A stretch of DNA of 63,963 bases, counting the filler, from a bacterium (GTDB lineage Bacteria > JALSQH01), in the NCBI GenBank assembly GCA_026985515.1. It is 7 parts of 7 records of this genome, joined end to end, with 100 filler letters (N's around TTAATTAATTAA, not from the genome) between each part and the next. Parts side by side here need not be neighbours in the genome. Positions count along the whole stretch, not along the records: positions 17,513 to 22,169 come from JALSQH010000054.1; positions 22,270 to 33,094 come from JALSQH010000055.1; 5 more parts are not named here. One strand, written 5' to 3'. Shown piece after piece: positions 18,666 to 29,475 of the stretch. The notes beneath the pieces were generated by a model. That model was given only the letters and a program-made list of their open reading frames with translations, did not search any database and was not told where the DNA came from. Each line of letters opens with the position of its first letter. The first letter of the stretch is position 1. A program made the translations under genes and the position numbers.

Positions 18666-18752
18666 GCGGCGGTGGTGGAATTGGCAGACACGCTAGCTTG
18701 AGGGGCTAGTGGGCGAAAGCCCGTGGGGGTTCAAATCCCCCCCGCCGCACCA
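18666..18752 (+). tRNA. tRNA-Leu(GAG)
   Basis: Acceptor GCGGCGG/CCGCCGC, anticodon stem CTAGC-ttGAGgg-GCTAG, long variable arm, GTTCAAATC, encoded CCA. Confidence 0.97.
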
Positions 18753-18756
18753 CTTT

Positions 18757-19401
18757 TTATATCTTAATTCCAAGATCTCTCGTTAACCATCTGTACTCGA
18801 GTTCAAGTTTTTCTTTTGAAGTCAGTTCCCCTTTGACTCCTCTCTTTTCAAGAAGAAATCTGAGGTGTGACATTGTAATTGCTGCAGAGACGGAGATGTT
18901 GTAGCTCTGGATAAATCCATATATTGGAATCATAAATTGAATATCTGATAGTTCAACTGCTCTCTCGGTTAGACCTTCATGTTCATTTCCAAACAGAAAA
19001 ACCCATTTCCCATCCCAATCATATTCAAAAAAATTGACACTCTCTTCACTGAGGACTCCTGCAGCTATTTTATAGCCTCTTTTTCCAAGTTCTGTTAAGG
19101 CAGATTCCACATCAGTGAATATCTTTATTTCAAGCCATTTTTCCGCACCAGTTGTGACTCCACTGGAAAATTTCAGGCGATTTTCTTTTTCAATTACATA
19201 AATGGTGTGGAAACCCATTCCGTCTGCAGTTCTGAGAACCGCGCTTATGTTGTGTGGATCATAGATATTTTCGAGGGCTATTACATATCTTTTGACACGC
19301 CTGTCCAGAACATCATTGATTCGTCTTTTTCTGTCCTCTGTTATGAATTGTTCAAGAAATCTGACCTTTTCCTCTAAGGTGTTAAATTTTTTCTCTTTCA
19401 C
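18757..19401 (-). CDS. trmH: SpoU/TrmH family tRNA (Gm18) methyltransferase
   Basis: ENIYDPHNISAVLRTAD, FGNEHEG, IPIYGFIQSYNISVSA. Confidence 0.88.
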   Translation of the reverse strand: MKEKKFNTLEEKVRFLEQFITEDRKRRINDVLDRRVKRYVIALENIYDPHNISAVLRTADGMGFHTIYVIEKENRLKFSSGVTTGAEKWLEIKIFTDVESALTELGKRGYKIAAGVLSEESVNFFEYDWDGKWVFLFGNEHEGLTERAVELSDIQFMIPIYGFIQSYNISVSAAITMSHLRFLLEKRGVKGELTSKEKLELEYRWLTRDLGIKI

Positions 19402-19936
19402 CTAACTGATAACCTTCTATAAAGGCTTCGATGTTGGATGGGATGAACTTTTTTTTGGATTCTCCAAGTATACCTAACATTGCCTGTTGAAGCAATTTTT
19501 CATCAAAAGGGAGAGGTTTCGTGACTCCCCACAGATAACCGAGGGCTATCATATTGGTAATTTTGCTATTTCCAGCTTTTAAGGCAAGGTCGTTAAATGG
19601 TTGTTTCAGAATTGTCACATTTTCTTTCTCGCACTGATGAGATTTAACCAGTGAGGAATTCAGTATAAGTATGCCCCCATTTTTAACCATTGTGGTAAAT
19701 TGCGAAGCAAAAGGCGACATAATAACAACATTGTCAACTTCCTGTAGAACGGGACTCCCTATTTCCTCATCTGATATGATAACGGTGCAGTGAGTCATTC
19801 CTCCCCTCATTTCAACGCCATAGGAAGGCATAAAGGTGGTGTTGAGGTCATTGAGCATCGCGTAATAGGATATTATATTTCCCATCAGCAGCACTCCCTG
19901 TCCCCCTGCACCTGCTATGAAGACCTCATAATACAT
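19382..19936 (-). CDS. 2-oxoacid:ferredoxin oxidoreductase gamma subunit
   Basis: AGAGGQG, PSYGVEMRGG, NMIALG. Confidence 0.92.
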   Translation of the reverse strand: MYYEVFIAGAGGQGVLLMGNIISYYAMLNDLNTTFMPSYGVEMRGGMTHCTVIISDEEIGSPVLQEVDNVVIMSPFASQFTTMVKNGGILILNSSLVKSHQCEKENVTILKQPFNDLALKAGNSKITNMIALGYLWGVTKPLPFDEKLLQQAMLGILGESKKKFIPSNIEAFIEGYQLGEREKI

Positions 19937-19949
19937 TCTTTCTTCCTCC

Positions 19950-20714
19950 TCAGAGATGATCCGGTACTTTCTTTTCCTTCAAAATTCCGAGTGGATAGTA
20001 GGGTATCATTTCTCTTTCAATAAATTCACACGCCTCAACGGGGGTCATTCCCCAATCTGTTGGACAGGCAGAGAGAACTTCCACAAAGGAAAATCCCATA
20101 CCTTTTATCTGATACTCGAAGGCTTTCAGGATATATTTTTTAGTTTTGTTCAGATTGGCTGGCTTATTTACTGCTCCTCTTGCAACAAATGCTGATCCTT
20201 CCAGTTGCGCAATAATTTCGGACATTTTAATTGGATATCCTTCTCTTCTGAAATCTCTACCATAGGGACTTGTGGCTGTTTTCATTCCAAGGAGGGTTGT
20301 TGGAGCCATCTGACCGCCTGTCATTCCATAGTTTGCATTGTTAATGAAGATTACGGTGAAATTTTCTCCTCTATTGGCAGCGTGGATAATTTCTGCAGTT
20401 CCTATTGCTGCGAGATCACCGTCACCCTGATAGATAAAAACTACGCTGTCGGGCAGTACCCTCTTTATGGCTGTGGCTTCTGCTGGAGCCCTTCCGTGTG
20501 GTGCTTCAAGAACATCCACATCGAAATAATCGTAGAGAAAAACTGAACACCCAACTGATGCAACTCCAATGGTTTTCTCCCTGATTCCAAGGGTATCAAT
20601 TGCTTCTCCCACGAGACGGTGAACTATTCCATGGTGACATCCAGGGCAGAAGTGGAAGGGTTTATCCTTCATGGATTTTGGTTTTGAGAAAACTTTCCTT
20701 GCTATCTCTGCCAT
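19950..20714 (-). CDS. 2-oxoacid:ferredoxin oxidoreductase beta (TPP-binding) subunit
   Basis: [37 protein letters not shown]. Confidence 0.93.
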   Translation of the reverse strand: MAEIARKVFSKPKSMKDKPFHFCPGCHHGIVHRLVGEAIDTLGIREKTIGVASVGCSVFLYDYFDVDVLEAPHGRAPAEATAIKRVLPDSVVFIYQGDGDLAAIGTAEIIHAANRGENFTVIFINNANYGMTGGQMAPTTLLGMKTATSPYGRDFRREGYPIKMSEIIAQLEGSAFVARGAVNKPANLNKTKKYILKAFEYQIKGMGFSFVEVLSACPTDWGMTPVEACEFIEREMIPYYPLGILKEKKVPDHL

Positions 20715-20724
20715 TTTCTTCTCC

Positions 20725-21816
20725 TTAAAATTCATTTACGGGAACTTTTTCATTCTTCAGGGTCTTGATAATTTCATTGTAAATTTCTTCCGGTGTGGGA
20801 AGTGATCCGACCCCATTTGGTCTACCGTAGAAGTAAACCTTTGATCTTGCCCCCACACCTATCATCACATCCTCAACCATCTGCCCTGCGTTTAATTCAA
20901 CAGTTAGAAATTTTTCAACTTTTTCTGATAATTCTCTTATCCTTTTATAAGGATAGGGGAAGAGAGTTATGGGCCTGAGTAAGCCCACTCTGTAACCTTC
21001 CTGTCTTGCCACTTTTACAGCAGTTTTTGCAATCCTTGCTGCACTGCCAAAGGCTACAACAACTATTTCTGGATCATCGAGCATATACTCTTCCCATCTT
21101 GTATCTTCCTTTTTCATCCTTTCATACTTTTCATTTAATTTCCACACATGTTTTTCAAGTTCCAGGTGACCAAGGTAGAGCGATTTTATCACCCTTCCAG
21201 GTCTCCCCTTTGCACCTGTTAATGCCCATGAATCCTTTGGAGGATAGGGGATGGGTTCAGGCATCCTTGTAACAAAAGGTTCCTTCATCTGCCCAAGCAT
21301 TCCATCTGCGAGAATGATAACAGGATTCCTGTACTTGTCCGCCAGATCAAATGCCATAATGGTAAAGTCCCACATTTCCTGAACAGAATGGGGAGCGAGG
21401 ACCATGGTTCTGTAGTCTCCATGTCCACCACCTCTCGTAGCCTGAAAGTAGTCTCCCTGTGATGGAGAGATACCACCCAGACCGGGGCCACTTCTTGATA
21501 CATTCACAATTACGGCGGGAAGTTCATCTCCTGCCATGTATGAAATTCCCTCCTGCATAAGAGAGATACCGGGACCTGAAGATGATGTCATGACTCTTGC
21601 ACCTGTGGCTGCTGCCCCGAGCAACATGTTTATGGCGGCCACCTCACTCTCAGATTGAAGAAACACACCACCAACTCTGGGAAGTTCTCGTGATAGATAT
21701 TCAGGTATGTCGCTCTGGGGGGTAATGGGGTAACCAAAGTAATATTTGCAGCCTGCTGCAATTGCTGCCATTGCTATGGCTATATTACCCTTTTCAAAAA
21801 TTTTTTTCTCTTCCAT
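20725..21816 (-). CDS. vorB: 2-oxoacid:ferredoxin oxidoreductase alpha subunit (3-methyl-2-oxobutanoate dehydrogenase VorB-like)
   Basis: [35 protein letters not shown]. Confidence 0.9.
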   Translation of the reverse strand: MEEKKIFEKGNIAIAMAAIAAGCKYYFGYPITPQSDIPEYLSRELPRVGGVFLQSESEVAAINMLLGAAATGARVMTSSSGPGISLMQEGISYMAGDELPAVIVNVSRSGPGLGGISPSQGDYFQATRGGGHGDYRTMVLAPHSVQEMWDFTIMAFDLADKYRNPVIILADGMLGQMKEPFVTRMPEPIPYPPKDSWALTGAKGRPGRVIKSLYLGHLELEKHVWKLNEKYERMKKEDTRWEEYMLDDPEIVVVAFGSAARIAKTAVKVARQEGYRVGLLRPITLFPYPYKRIRELSEKVEKFLTVELNAGQMVEDVMIGVGARSKVYFYGRPNGVGSLPTPEEIYNEIIKTLKNEKVPVNEF

Positions 21817-21825
21817 CTTTTCACC

Positions 21826-22029
21826 TCATTTGTAAACCTCAATTGCCATTTCAGGGCACATCATTGCACATAGTGCACATCCAGGACATTTTTCAGGATT
21901 AACAAAAATGGCAAATCTGTATCCCTTGGAATTGATCTCATCTCCAATTTTTATGCAATCGTAGGGACAGTATTTTATGCAGAGCTCACACTCCTTGCAG
22001 AGTTCAGGATTGATAACTATGTATGGCAT
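21826..22029 (-). CDS. 2x[4Fe-4S] ferredoxin (oxidoreductase delta subunit)
   Basis: CKECELCIKYCP and CPGCALCAMMCP. Confidence 0.93.
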   Translation of the reverse strand: MPYIVINPELCKECELCIKYCPYDCIKIGDEINSKGYRFAIFVNPEKCPGCALCAMMCPEMAIEVYK

Positions 22030-22031
22030 CT

Positions 22032-22169
22032 TTAACTCCTCATCTCTCTTACACTTTCAACTTTCCTGAATGTTCTGGTTATGGAATCAATCACCAGAGA
22101 GTTTGTTATTATCTTTCCATTTACAACTTTAATGCCTTTCAGAAGATCACCATCGGTAATACCTGTAGC
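22032..22169 (-). CDS. glpX: Class II fructose-1,6-bisphosphatase, C-terminal fragment
   Basis: Manual translation ATGITDGDLLKGIKVVNGKIITNSLVIDSITRTFRKVES... matches the GlpX C-terminal ATGxTDGxLLxG motif. Confidence 0.8.
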   Translation of the reverse strand, partial: ATGITDGDLLKGIKVVNGKIITNSLVIDSITRTFRKVESVREMRS

Positions 22170-22269
22170 NNNNNNNNNNNNNNNNNNNNNNNNNNNNNNN
22201 NNNNNNNNNNNNNTTAATTAATTAANNNNNNNNNNNNNNNNNNNNNNNNNNNNNNNNNNNNNNNNNNNN
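22170..22269. other. Assembly gap linker
   Basis: N-TTAATTAATTAA-N. Confidence 0.99.
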
Positions 22270-23424
22270 ACCTACAGTCTGCAACCCAGCAGATTTAATC
22301 TTGAAAAGGTGCACAAACCCAAAAGGGTTGATATTGGTCCACGGCTCATACTTGATGCGGAGAGATGTATCCTGTGTACGAGATGTATCAGATTTTTGAA
22401 GGAATACACTGGCACGGAGGAGCTTGGTATCTTCAACAGGGGAGATCATTCTGAGGTGGGTCTTTATGATGGCAAAGTTGTGGATAATCCCTATTCAATG
22501 AATCTTGCGGACCTCTGTCCGGTGGGTGCAATTACCACCAAAGATTTCCGTTTCAAAGCGAGGGTGTGGTTCCTTAAATCTACTCCTTCCATCTGTCCGG
22601 GATGTGAGAGGGGTTGCAATATATACATTGACACCAAGGATAATTACATTATGAGAATAAGACCAAGACACAACGATGAGGTCAATGGTTACTTCATGTG
22701 TGATGATGGAAGATTGCTCTATCACAGGTATTACGAAAAAAGCAGGCTCACAGATCCAATGAAAAGGGTCAATGGTGAATTGAAGCCTGTATCCTGGAGT
22801 GATGTGGGGTGGCAGATCAGGGAAGATTTGAGAGAGGTCAGGAAAAAGGGTGGCAGGGTTGTCGCAGTGGCATCGACTCATGGTAGTAATGAGGATCTCT
22901 TCCTTTTTAATATGCTGGTAAGGGATTACATTGGAGGAGAAATATACTACAAAAGGGATTATGATGCCACAGGCTATCTTGTTGAAGAGGATGACAAGTT
23001 GATCAAAGCTGATAAGAATCCCAATAGAAAGGGAGCAGAGAATCTGGGGATCAAAGAATTTCCAGGTGAAGAAGCTGTAAAAGATGCAGAAGTTGTAATT
23101 ATATGGGGTGAAGGTTTTGAAAAATATGTGAACAGTCTTGAAGTTTTAAGGGGTAAGAAAGTTATCTACATAGGTTCTTTTGTAAATGAAATAATGGATT
23201 ATGCAGAGTTTGTTCTTCCCTCTTTGATCTTTGCTGAGAGAGATGGAACCTTCACCAACTTTCAGGGGAAGGTGCAGGAATTTACAAAAGCTGTGGATGG
23301 GCCAGAGAATGCTCTCGCAGAGTGGGAGATCTTCAATCTGTTACTCCATGCTTATGGTCACGGAAAGTACTATGATGATATAAGGCTGATACAGGCGGAA
23401 ATAAGTGGAGCAGAAAAGGTTTAA
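22270..23424 (+). CDS. nuoG: NADH-quinone oxidoreductase subunit G-like protein, 5' truncated
   Basis: Frame open from the contig edge; ERCILCTRCIRF, DLCPVGA, CPGCERGC, MCDDGR. Confidence 0.88.
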   Translation, partial: TYSLQPSRFNLEKVHKPKRVDIGPRLILDAERCILCTRCIRFLKEYTGTEELGIFNRGDHSEVGLYDGKVVDNPYSMNLADLCPVGAITTKDFRFKARVWFLKSTPSICPGCERGCNIYIDTKDNYIMRIRPRHNDEVNGYFMCDDGRLLYHRYYEKSRLTDPMKRVNGELKPVSWSDVGWQIREDLREVRKKGGRVVAVASTHGSNEDLFLFNMLVRDYIGGEIYYKRDYDATGYLVEEDDKLIKADKNPNRKGAENLGIKEFPGEEAVKDAEVVIIWGEGFEKYVNSLEVLRGKKVIYIGSFVNEIMDYAEFVLPSLIFAERDGTFTNFQGKVQEFTKAVDGPENALAEWEIFNLLLHAYGHGKYYDDIRLIQAEISGAEKV

Positions 23425-23444
23425 CCTAAAGAAGGGGTAGTAAG

Positions 23445-24530
23445 TTGGATTGGGTAATGTTTCTGATTGTGATAATTAAAATTCTTTTTGTGGTAGGTGT
23501 GTTGTTGACCTTTGCAGCTCTTCTAACATGGGTTGAAAGAAAGCAGAGTGCAGTAACGCAGGACAGGGTGGGTGCAAACAGGGTTCAGATTCTTGGTATA
23601 AGAGCCCTGGGATTGTTTCACATAATCACAGATGCCCTTAAGATGTTTATAAAAGAGGATTATGTTCCTGAAAAAGTTAATAAGTTCCTTCACTTTATAG
23701 CACCTCTATTCCCCTTCTTTTCTGCCCTTGCAGTTTTTGCCGTTATCCCCTTTGGAAGTCCAATTAAGATTGGTGGCAGGATTGTGGAACTGTCCATTGC
23801 CAGGCTTGATTCAGGACTTATCTATCTTTTTGCTCTTTCTTCCCTTGCTGTGCTGGGGCCTGTAATTGCGGGATGGGCCTCCCATGAAAAATATGCTTTA
23901 CTGGGTGGAATGAGGGCTGCTGCCCAGATGATTTCGTATGAAATAGCTCTGGGAGTGTCAATAATTGGCGTTATTATGGTGTACAATACCCTTGATATTT
24001 CACTTATAGTGGAAAAGCAGGGTGAATTACTCTTCGGTTTTCTGCCCAAGTGGGGGATTTTTGTGCAACCCCTTGCTTTCCTGCTTTTCCTTCCTGCCAT
24101 TATTGCTGAAAATAAGAGAATACCCTTTGATTTACCAGAAGGTGAATCGGAAATAGTGGCTGGATATTTCACAGAGTACAGTGCAATGAGATGGGGAATG
24201 TTCTTCCTCGCAGAGTTTGTTGAAGTGGCAGTTGTTGCAGCAGTTCTCACAACACTTTTCTTCGGAGGGTGGCAGTTCCCCTATCTCTTTGACGATGGTT
24301 TTCACTTTTTCGGAGTATGGCATTTGCCCTACTGGCTCATAGTGATTATCCGGATATTGACTTTCTTTGCCAAGTGGATTTTCGGAATCTGGTTCCTGCA
24401 GCAGGTCAGGTGGACTTTCCCGAGATTTAGATATGATCAGTTGATGAAACTGGGATGGAAGATAATATTGCCGTGGGGACTAATTAATATTGCTTTAACA
24501 GCTATTGTAATCATGTTAATAAATGGATAG
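23445..24530 (+). CDS. nuoH: NADH-quinone oxidoreductase subunit H
   Basis: WVERK..A..QDRVGANR, AQMISYE, PFDLPEGESE, PRFRYDQLM. Confidence 0.96.
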   Translation: MDWVMFLIVIIKILFVVGVLLTFAALLTWVERKQSAVTQDRVGANRVQILGIRALGLFHIITDALKMFIKEDYVPEKVNKFLHFIAPLFPFFSALAVFAVIPFGSPIKIGGRIVELSIARLDSGLIYLFALSSLAVLGPVIAGWASHEKYALLGGMRAAAQMISYEIALGVSIIGVIMVYNTLDISLIVEKQGELLFGFLPKWGIFVQPLAFLLFLPAIIAENKRIPFDLPEGESEIVAGYFTEYSAMRWGMFFLAEFVEVAVVAAVLTTLFFGGWQFPYLFDDGFHFFGVWHLPYWLIVIIRILTFFAKWIFGIWFLQQVRWTFPRFRYDQLMKLGWKIILPWGLINIALTAIVIMLING

Positions 24531-25057
24531 TGAGGAAGAAGATGAAATACAACTTCAGGTATGGTTGGTGGGAAAAAATTTACTATCCAGAGTTAATCAG
24601 AGGATTCTATATCACTTCCAGACACTTTTTTAGTAATCTCTGGAAGTGGATAACAGGGAGAAAGGGTGCCTACACCTATCAGTATCCAGAGGAGAAAAGA
24701 CCAATTTCTCCAAATTTCAGGGGCAAACATTATCTTGTTTTGAAGGAGGATGGTACGCCAAAGTGTGTTGCCTGCTATATGTGTGCAACAAATTGTCCCG
24801 CACAGTGTATACATATTGTGGCAGGTGAGGATCCCAACAGACCTGAAGAGAAGTATCCGGTTGAGTTTACCATTGATATTTCAAGATGTATTTTCTGTGG
24901 CTACTGTGTGGAAGCATGTCCCAAAGATGCAATTAGAATGACCTATGATTACCATCTGGCAGATTATACAAGGGAAGCTCTTCTTTATAAGAAGGAAAAG
25001 CTGCTACACTGGATTGAAACCGAACTGGATAAAGATCAACCTCTGATAGGGAGATAG
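24530..25057 (+). CDS. nuoI: NADH-quinone oxidoreductase subunit I
   Basis: TYQYPEEK, CVACYMCATNCP, CIFCGYCVEACP. Confidence 0.95.
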   Translation: MRKKMKYNFRYGWWEKIYYPELIRGFYITSRHFFSNLWKWITGRKGAYTYQYPEEKRPISPNFRGKHYLVLKEDGTPKCVACYMCATNCPAQCIHIVAGEDPNRPEEKYPVEFTIDISRCIFCGYCVEACPKDAIRMTYDYHLADYTREALLYKKEKLLHWIETELDKDQPLIGR

Positions 25058-25059
25058 AT

Positions 25060-25548
25060 ATGCTTGCAACGATGCTCATATATATTTTTGGTGCGCTTGC
25101 CATTTTCTCAGGACTGATGATGATCCTTTACAGGAATCCCATACATTCCGCCCTCTGGTTTGGTCTTGTGCTCTTTTCACTCGCAGGTATATATGCTTTG
25201 ATGCAGGCTCACTTTCTCGCTCTTATCCAGATACTGGTCTATGTGGGAGCAATTACTGTTCTGATTGTATATGTGATAGCTCTGCTTAACTTTGATCAGA
25301 GAGATCTTGTTGGAAAGGTGACAATTTTGAAGGGCATAGCTGTAATTGTGGCAGCTATTCTTTTTATAGAGCTCCTTTTCTATGTGGGTGGCCTTTATGT
25401 TAAGGGAATTGCACCTCCACCTGAATTTGGAAAGGCAGCAAATATTGGACTTGCGACTTTAACCAGATATCTCTTTCCTTTTGAAGTGATTTCAATTCTG
25501 TTGCTCGTTGCAGTTGTTGGCGGTGTTTATATTGCAAAGAAAGATTAA
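25060..25548 (+). CDS. nuoJ: NADH-quinone oxidoreductase subunit J
   Basis: NPIHSAL, QILVYVGAI, PFEVISILLL. Confidence 0.94.
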   Translation: MLATMLIYIFGALAIFSGLMMILYRNPIHSALWFGLVLFSLAGIYALMQAHFLALIQILVYVGAITVLIVYVIALLNFDQRDLVGKVTILKGIAVIVAAILFIELLFYVGGLYVKGIAPPPEFGKAANIGLATLTRYLFPFEVISILLLVAVVGGVYIAKKD

Positions 25549-25560
25549 AGGGGTAAAGTT

Positions 25561-25860
25561 ATGCCTTACAATGGAATCCTTATAATGGCAGTTATACTTT
25601 TTATTATTGGAATAACTGGTGTTATGGTGAGAAGAAACATCTTCATAATGTTAATGAGTATTGAGTTGATTCTGAACGCTGCTAATCTTGTGTTTATAGC
25701 TTTTGCCAGGGCTTTTGCTGATCCAGCGGGGCAGGTAATAGCCCTTTTATCAATAACCCTTGCCGCTGCCGAGGTAGGTGTGGGCCTTGGAATATTTGTG
25801 GCAATAAGGAGAACACATAACACGGTAAATGTTGATGAGATCAATCTCCTTAAGCATTGA
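25561..25860 (+). CDS. nuoK: NADH-quinone oxidoreductase subunit K
   Basis: RRN...LMSIELILNAAN, AAAEVGVGL. Confidence 0.95.
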   Translation: MPYNGILIMAVILFIIGITGVMVRRNIFIMLMSIELILNAANLVFIAFARAFADPAGQVIALLSITLAAAEVGVGLGIFVAIRRTHNTVNVDEINLLKH

Positions 25861-25874
25861 GGGAGTGTGTGACT

Positions 25875-27824
25875 ATGAATAACATATACTATCTATGGCT
25901 GATTCCCTTTTTCCCACTGGTTGGTTTTATAATTAATGGACTGTTTGGAAAAAAGCTTCCCAAACCAGTTATCCACTGGGTTGCCAATGTAGCAGTATGG
26001 TCTTCCTTCACCGTTGCAGTAATTGCCTTTTTTGATTTATTAAAGGTTGTACCGGGACAGAGAATCCTTGTTGATCCTGTTTACAGATGGATTTTCACCG
26101 GTGGGCTGGCAATTGATATAAAATTTCTCCTTGACCCACTCTCCGCTGTGATGATCCTTGTTGTAACGGGAGTTGGTGCTCTGATCCATGTTTATTCCAT
26201 TGGATATATGCATGATGATCCCTCCTACTACAGATATTTTGCATATCTCAATCTCTTCATTTTCAGCATGTCAATTCTTGTTCTTGCTTCCAACATTGTA
26301 CTCATGTTCGTAGGATGGGAAGGTGTTGGTCTCTGTTCATATCTATTAATTGGATTCTGGTTTGAGGATGAGGAAAAGGCTTATGCCGGAAGGAAGGCAT
26401 TTATAACAAACAGGATAGGTGATTTTGGATTTATTCTTGGCATTCTCCTCATGCTGGTAATTTTCAAAACACTTGATTTTGTGGAGATAAATAAGATCCT
26501 GATTTATCATGGAGAAACTCTTTCTGTTACAGCACTGACACTCATAGCTATCTTCCTCTTCATCGGTGCAACCGGTAAATCAGCTCAGATTCCCCTCTAT
26601 GTATGGCTACCTGACGCTATGGCTGGTCCCACACCGGTGAGTGCTCTGATTCATGCAGCCACCATGGTAACTGCTGGTGTCTACATGATTGGAAGGTTAA
26701 ATCTCCTTTATGCTCATGCTCCCGTGGCAATGGCTATTGTGGCTGCTGTGGCAGGGGCTACCGCTTTCTTTGCAGCAACTATGGCAATAACCCAGAATGA
26801 TATAAAGAAAGTCCTTGCATATTCGACTGTATCTCAGCTCGGTTATATGTTCATGGCAATGGGAGTCGGTGCCTTTGCGGCTGGTATTTTCCATCTGATG
26901 ACCCATGCATTTTTTAAAGCCCTTCTCTTTCTTGGTTCCGGTAGTGTTATTCACGCCATGAGTGGAATTCAGGATATGAGGCAGATGGGTGGTCTGAAAA
27001 AATATATGCCTGTTACTTACTGGACATTCCTGACTGCCACCCTGGCCATTTCCGGTATTCCTCCCTTTGCAGGGTTTTTCAGCAAAGACGAGATAATCTG
27101 GAGCAGTTTTGCAAGTTCAAGGGGGGGAGTGGTTCTCTGGGCTATTGGTGTTATTACTGCCATCATAACTGCATTTTACATGTTCAGACTTGTCTATATG
27201 ACTTTCCATGGTGAGAACAGGTCTCCTGAAGAGGTGAAACATCACATACATGAATCTCCTGCGGTTATGACAATTCCAATGGTTATACTTGCAATATTAT
27301 CAGTCATTGGTGGCTGGGTAGGTGTTTCTCCCGTCATAGGAAAGCTTTTTGGTGTTGAAAATTCCAACATTTTTGAAGAGTTTCTCCATCCTGTTTTTGC
27401 CCATGCTCACATCCATTTTCATCACTACAGTGAGGCAACTGAGTGGTGGTTTATGGCGATAAGTGTGGGTGGCGCTCTTCTGGGAATACTCATTGCTTTT
27501 TACCTCTACATTAAAAGGACGGATTTGCCCCGTAAAATCGCCCTCAAAGTGTGGCCCCTCTACAAATTGCTTTTCAATAAATACTATGTTGACGAGATTT
27601 ATTACTATCTTTTCATCCATCCCATCTACCTGATTTCACTTCTGTTCCTCTGGAGATTTACCGATGTATATGTTATAGATGGAGTGGGGGTTAATGGATC
27701 GGCAAAGAGTGTTAGATTTACTTCCAGGATTTTAAAATACTGGCAGAATGGTGATGCTCAGGTTTATATTTTTTCCTTTGTTCTGGGTGTAGTGCTTGTA
27801 CTGGGATATTTACTGTTAGCTTAA
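25875..27824 (+). CDS. nuoL: NADH-quinone oxidoreductase subunit L
   Basis: GWEGVGLCSYLLIGFW, GKSAQIPLYVWLPDAMAGPTPVSALIHAATMV, THAFFKALLF. Confidence 0.96.
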   Translation: MNNIYYLWLIPFFPLVGFIINGLFGKKLPKPVIHWVANVAVWSSFTVAVIAFFDLLKVVPGQRILVDPVYRWIFTGGLAIDIKFLLDPLSAVMILVVTGVGALIHVYSIGYMHDDPSYYRYFAYLNLFIFSMSILVLASNIVLMFVGWEGVGLCSYLLIGFWFEDEEKAYAGRKAFITNRIGDFGFILGILLMLVIFKTLDFVEINKILIYHGETLSVTALTLIAIFLFIGATGKSAQIPLYVWLPDAMAGPTPVSALIHAATMVTAGVYMIGRLNLLYAHAPVAMAIVAAVAGATAFFAATMAITQNDIKKVLAYSTVSQLGYMFMAMGVGAFAAGIFHLMTHAFFKALLFLGSGSVIHAMSGIQDMRQMGGLKKYMPVTYWTFLTATLAISGIPPFAGFFSKDEIIWSSFASSRGGVVLWAIGVITAIITAFYMFRLVYMTFHGENRSPEEVKHHIHESPAVMTIPMVILAILSVIGGWVGVSPVIGKLFGVENSNIFEEFLHPVFAHAHIHFHHYSEATEWWFMAISVGGALLGILIAFYLYIKRTDLPRKIALKVWPLYKLLFNKYYVDEIYYYLFIHPIYLISLLFLWRFTDVYVIDGVGVNGSAKSVRFTSRILKYWQNGDAQVYIFSFVLGVVLVLGYLLLA

Positions 27825-27837
27825 AAGGAGCAACATT

Positions 27838-29475
27838 ATGGGCTGGAAGGGATTACCCTTAATTAGCATTGTTACATTCTTACCTGTTATTGGTGCCCTC
27901 ATTGTTCTTTTCATAGACAAAAATGAGGGAAAATTAATTAAAACCACCGGTATTATAGTTACCTCGATTGATTTTCTGATTTCATTGATCTTTTTCTTTG
28001 CTTTCAAAGCTTATTCTCCTGATTTCCAATTCGTGGAAAAACTCCCATGGATAGCTTCCTGGGGAGTTAACTATTATGTTGGCATTGACGGAATAAGTCT
28101 TTTCCTCGTTCTTCTAACCACCTTTTTAACTCCCATTACAATTCTTTCCGCATGGAAAGCTATTGAGGAAAAGGAGAAAGAATTTGTTATTTTCATGCTT
28201 CTCCTTGAAACCGCCATGCTCGGCGCCTTTGTTGCACTTAATCTTGTCCTCTTCTATGTTTTCTGGGAATTGATGCTGATACCGATGTACTTCATCATAG
28301 GTATCTGGGGAGGAGAGAGAAGGATATATGCCGCTGTTAAGTTCTTTATTTATACAGCAGTGGGAAGCTTATTGATGTTGATTGCCATTCTCTATATTTA
28401 CTATGCCCATTACAAGCAGTTTGGATTCTATTCATTTGATTATGAAGATCTTTTCAGAGTGGTATTCACATTTAAAGAGCAGCTTCTCCTCTTTGCCGCC
28501 TTTGGACTTGCCTTTGCCATAAAGGTTCCAATGTTTCCTTTCCACACATGGTTGCCAGATGCCCATGTTGAGGCACCAACTGCGGGATCAGTTATCCTTG
28601 CAGGGATTCTTCTTAAAATGGGGACATATGGATTCCTCCGCTTTGCAATGCCCCTCTTCCCCCTTGCAACACGAGCAGCTGCACCATACATAATGGCACT
28701 GGCTGTTGTGGGTATAATTTATGGAGCGCTTGTTGCGATGGTTCAGAAAGATGTGAAAAAACTGATAGCCTATTCATCCATAAGCCATCTTGGTTACGTG
28801 ATGCTTGGTCTCTTTGCCTTCAATCTCCAGGGGATTCAGGGGGGATTGCTTCAGATGATAAATCATGGATTATCAACGGGAGCCCTCTTCCTTCTTGTCG
28901 GGGTCATCTATGAAAGGAGACATACAAGGTTGATTTCTGAATTTGGTGGACTGGCAAAGGTTATGCCTTGGTATGCTGCTGTTTTCATGATTGTAACCCT
29001 TTCATCCATAGGTTTGCCCGGTTTGAATGGTTTCGTGGGTGAGTTTCTTGTGCTGGTTGGAGCATACAAAGCTGCCTTTGCAGAGTATCTTAAGGATCTG
29101 CATGTAGGACACTTTACATTTGTTGTTCTGGCAGCCACAGGTATGATCTGGGGTGCAGTCTACATGCTCTGGATGTATCAGAGAGTGTTCTTCAATAAGC
29201 TGACAAACCCCAAGAATTTCAAATTACCAGACTTGAATCTGAGGGAAGCAGTGATATTTGTTCTCCTCCTCATTTTTATCGTATGGATTGGTGTGTATCC
29301 AAACACTTTTCTCTCAAGGACAGAAGCTTCAATAAATAAGACTATAAATCGAGTCATGATTTCAAAGGAAGCATACTTTAATAGAGGAAGAGCGATGAAT
29401 GCATCCACAATCAGGATTACAGAGGTGGAAAGAGGCTTAATTGTTGAAAAAGTACCAATGGGGGAAGGTAGATGA
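27838..29475 (+). CDS. nuoM: NADH-quinone oxidoreductase subunit M
   Basis: FWELMLIPMY, KVPMFPFHTWLPDAHVEAPT, GLPGLNGFVGEF. Confidence 0.96.
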   Translation: MGWKGLPLISIVTFLPVIGALIVLFIDKNEGKLIKTTGIIVTSIDFLISLIFFFAFKAYSPDFQFVEKLPWIASWGVNYYVGIDGISLFLVLLTTFLTPITILSAWKAIEEKEKEFVIFMLLLETAMLGAFVALNLVLFYVFWELMLIPMYFIIGIWGGERRIYAAVKFFIYTAVGSLLMLIAILYIYYAHYKQFGFYSFDYEDLFRVVFTFKEQLLLFAAFGLAFAIKVPMFPFHTWLPDAHVEAPTAGSVILAGILLKMGTYGFLRFAMPLFPLATRAAAPYIMALAVVGIIYGALVAMVQKDVKKLIAYSSISHLGYVMLGLFAFNLQGIQGGLLQMINHGLSTGALFLLVGVIYERRHTRLISEFGGLAKVMPWYAAVFMIVTLSSIGLPGLNGFVGEFLVLVGAYKAAFAEYLKDLHVGHFTFVVLAATGMIWGAVYMLWMYQRVFFNKLTNPKNFKLPDLNLREAVIFVLLLIFIVWIGVYPNTFLSRTEASINKTINRVMISKEAYFNRGRAMNASTIRITEVERGLIVEKVPMGEGR

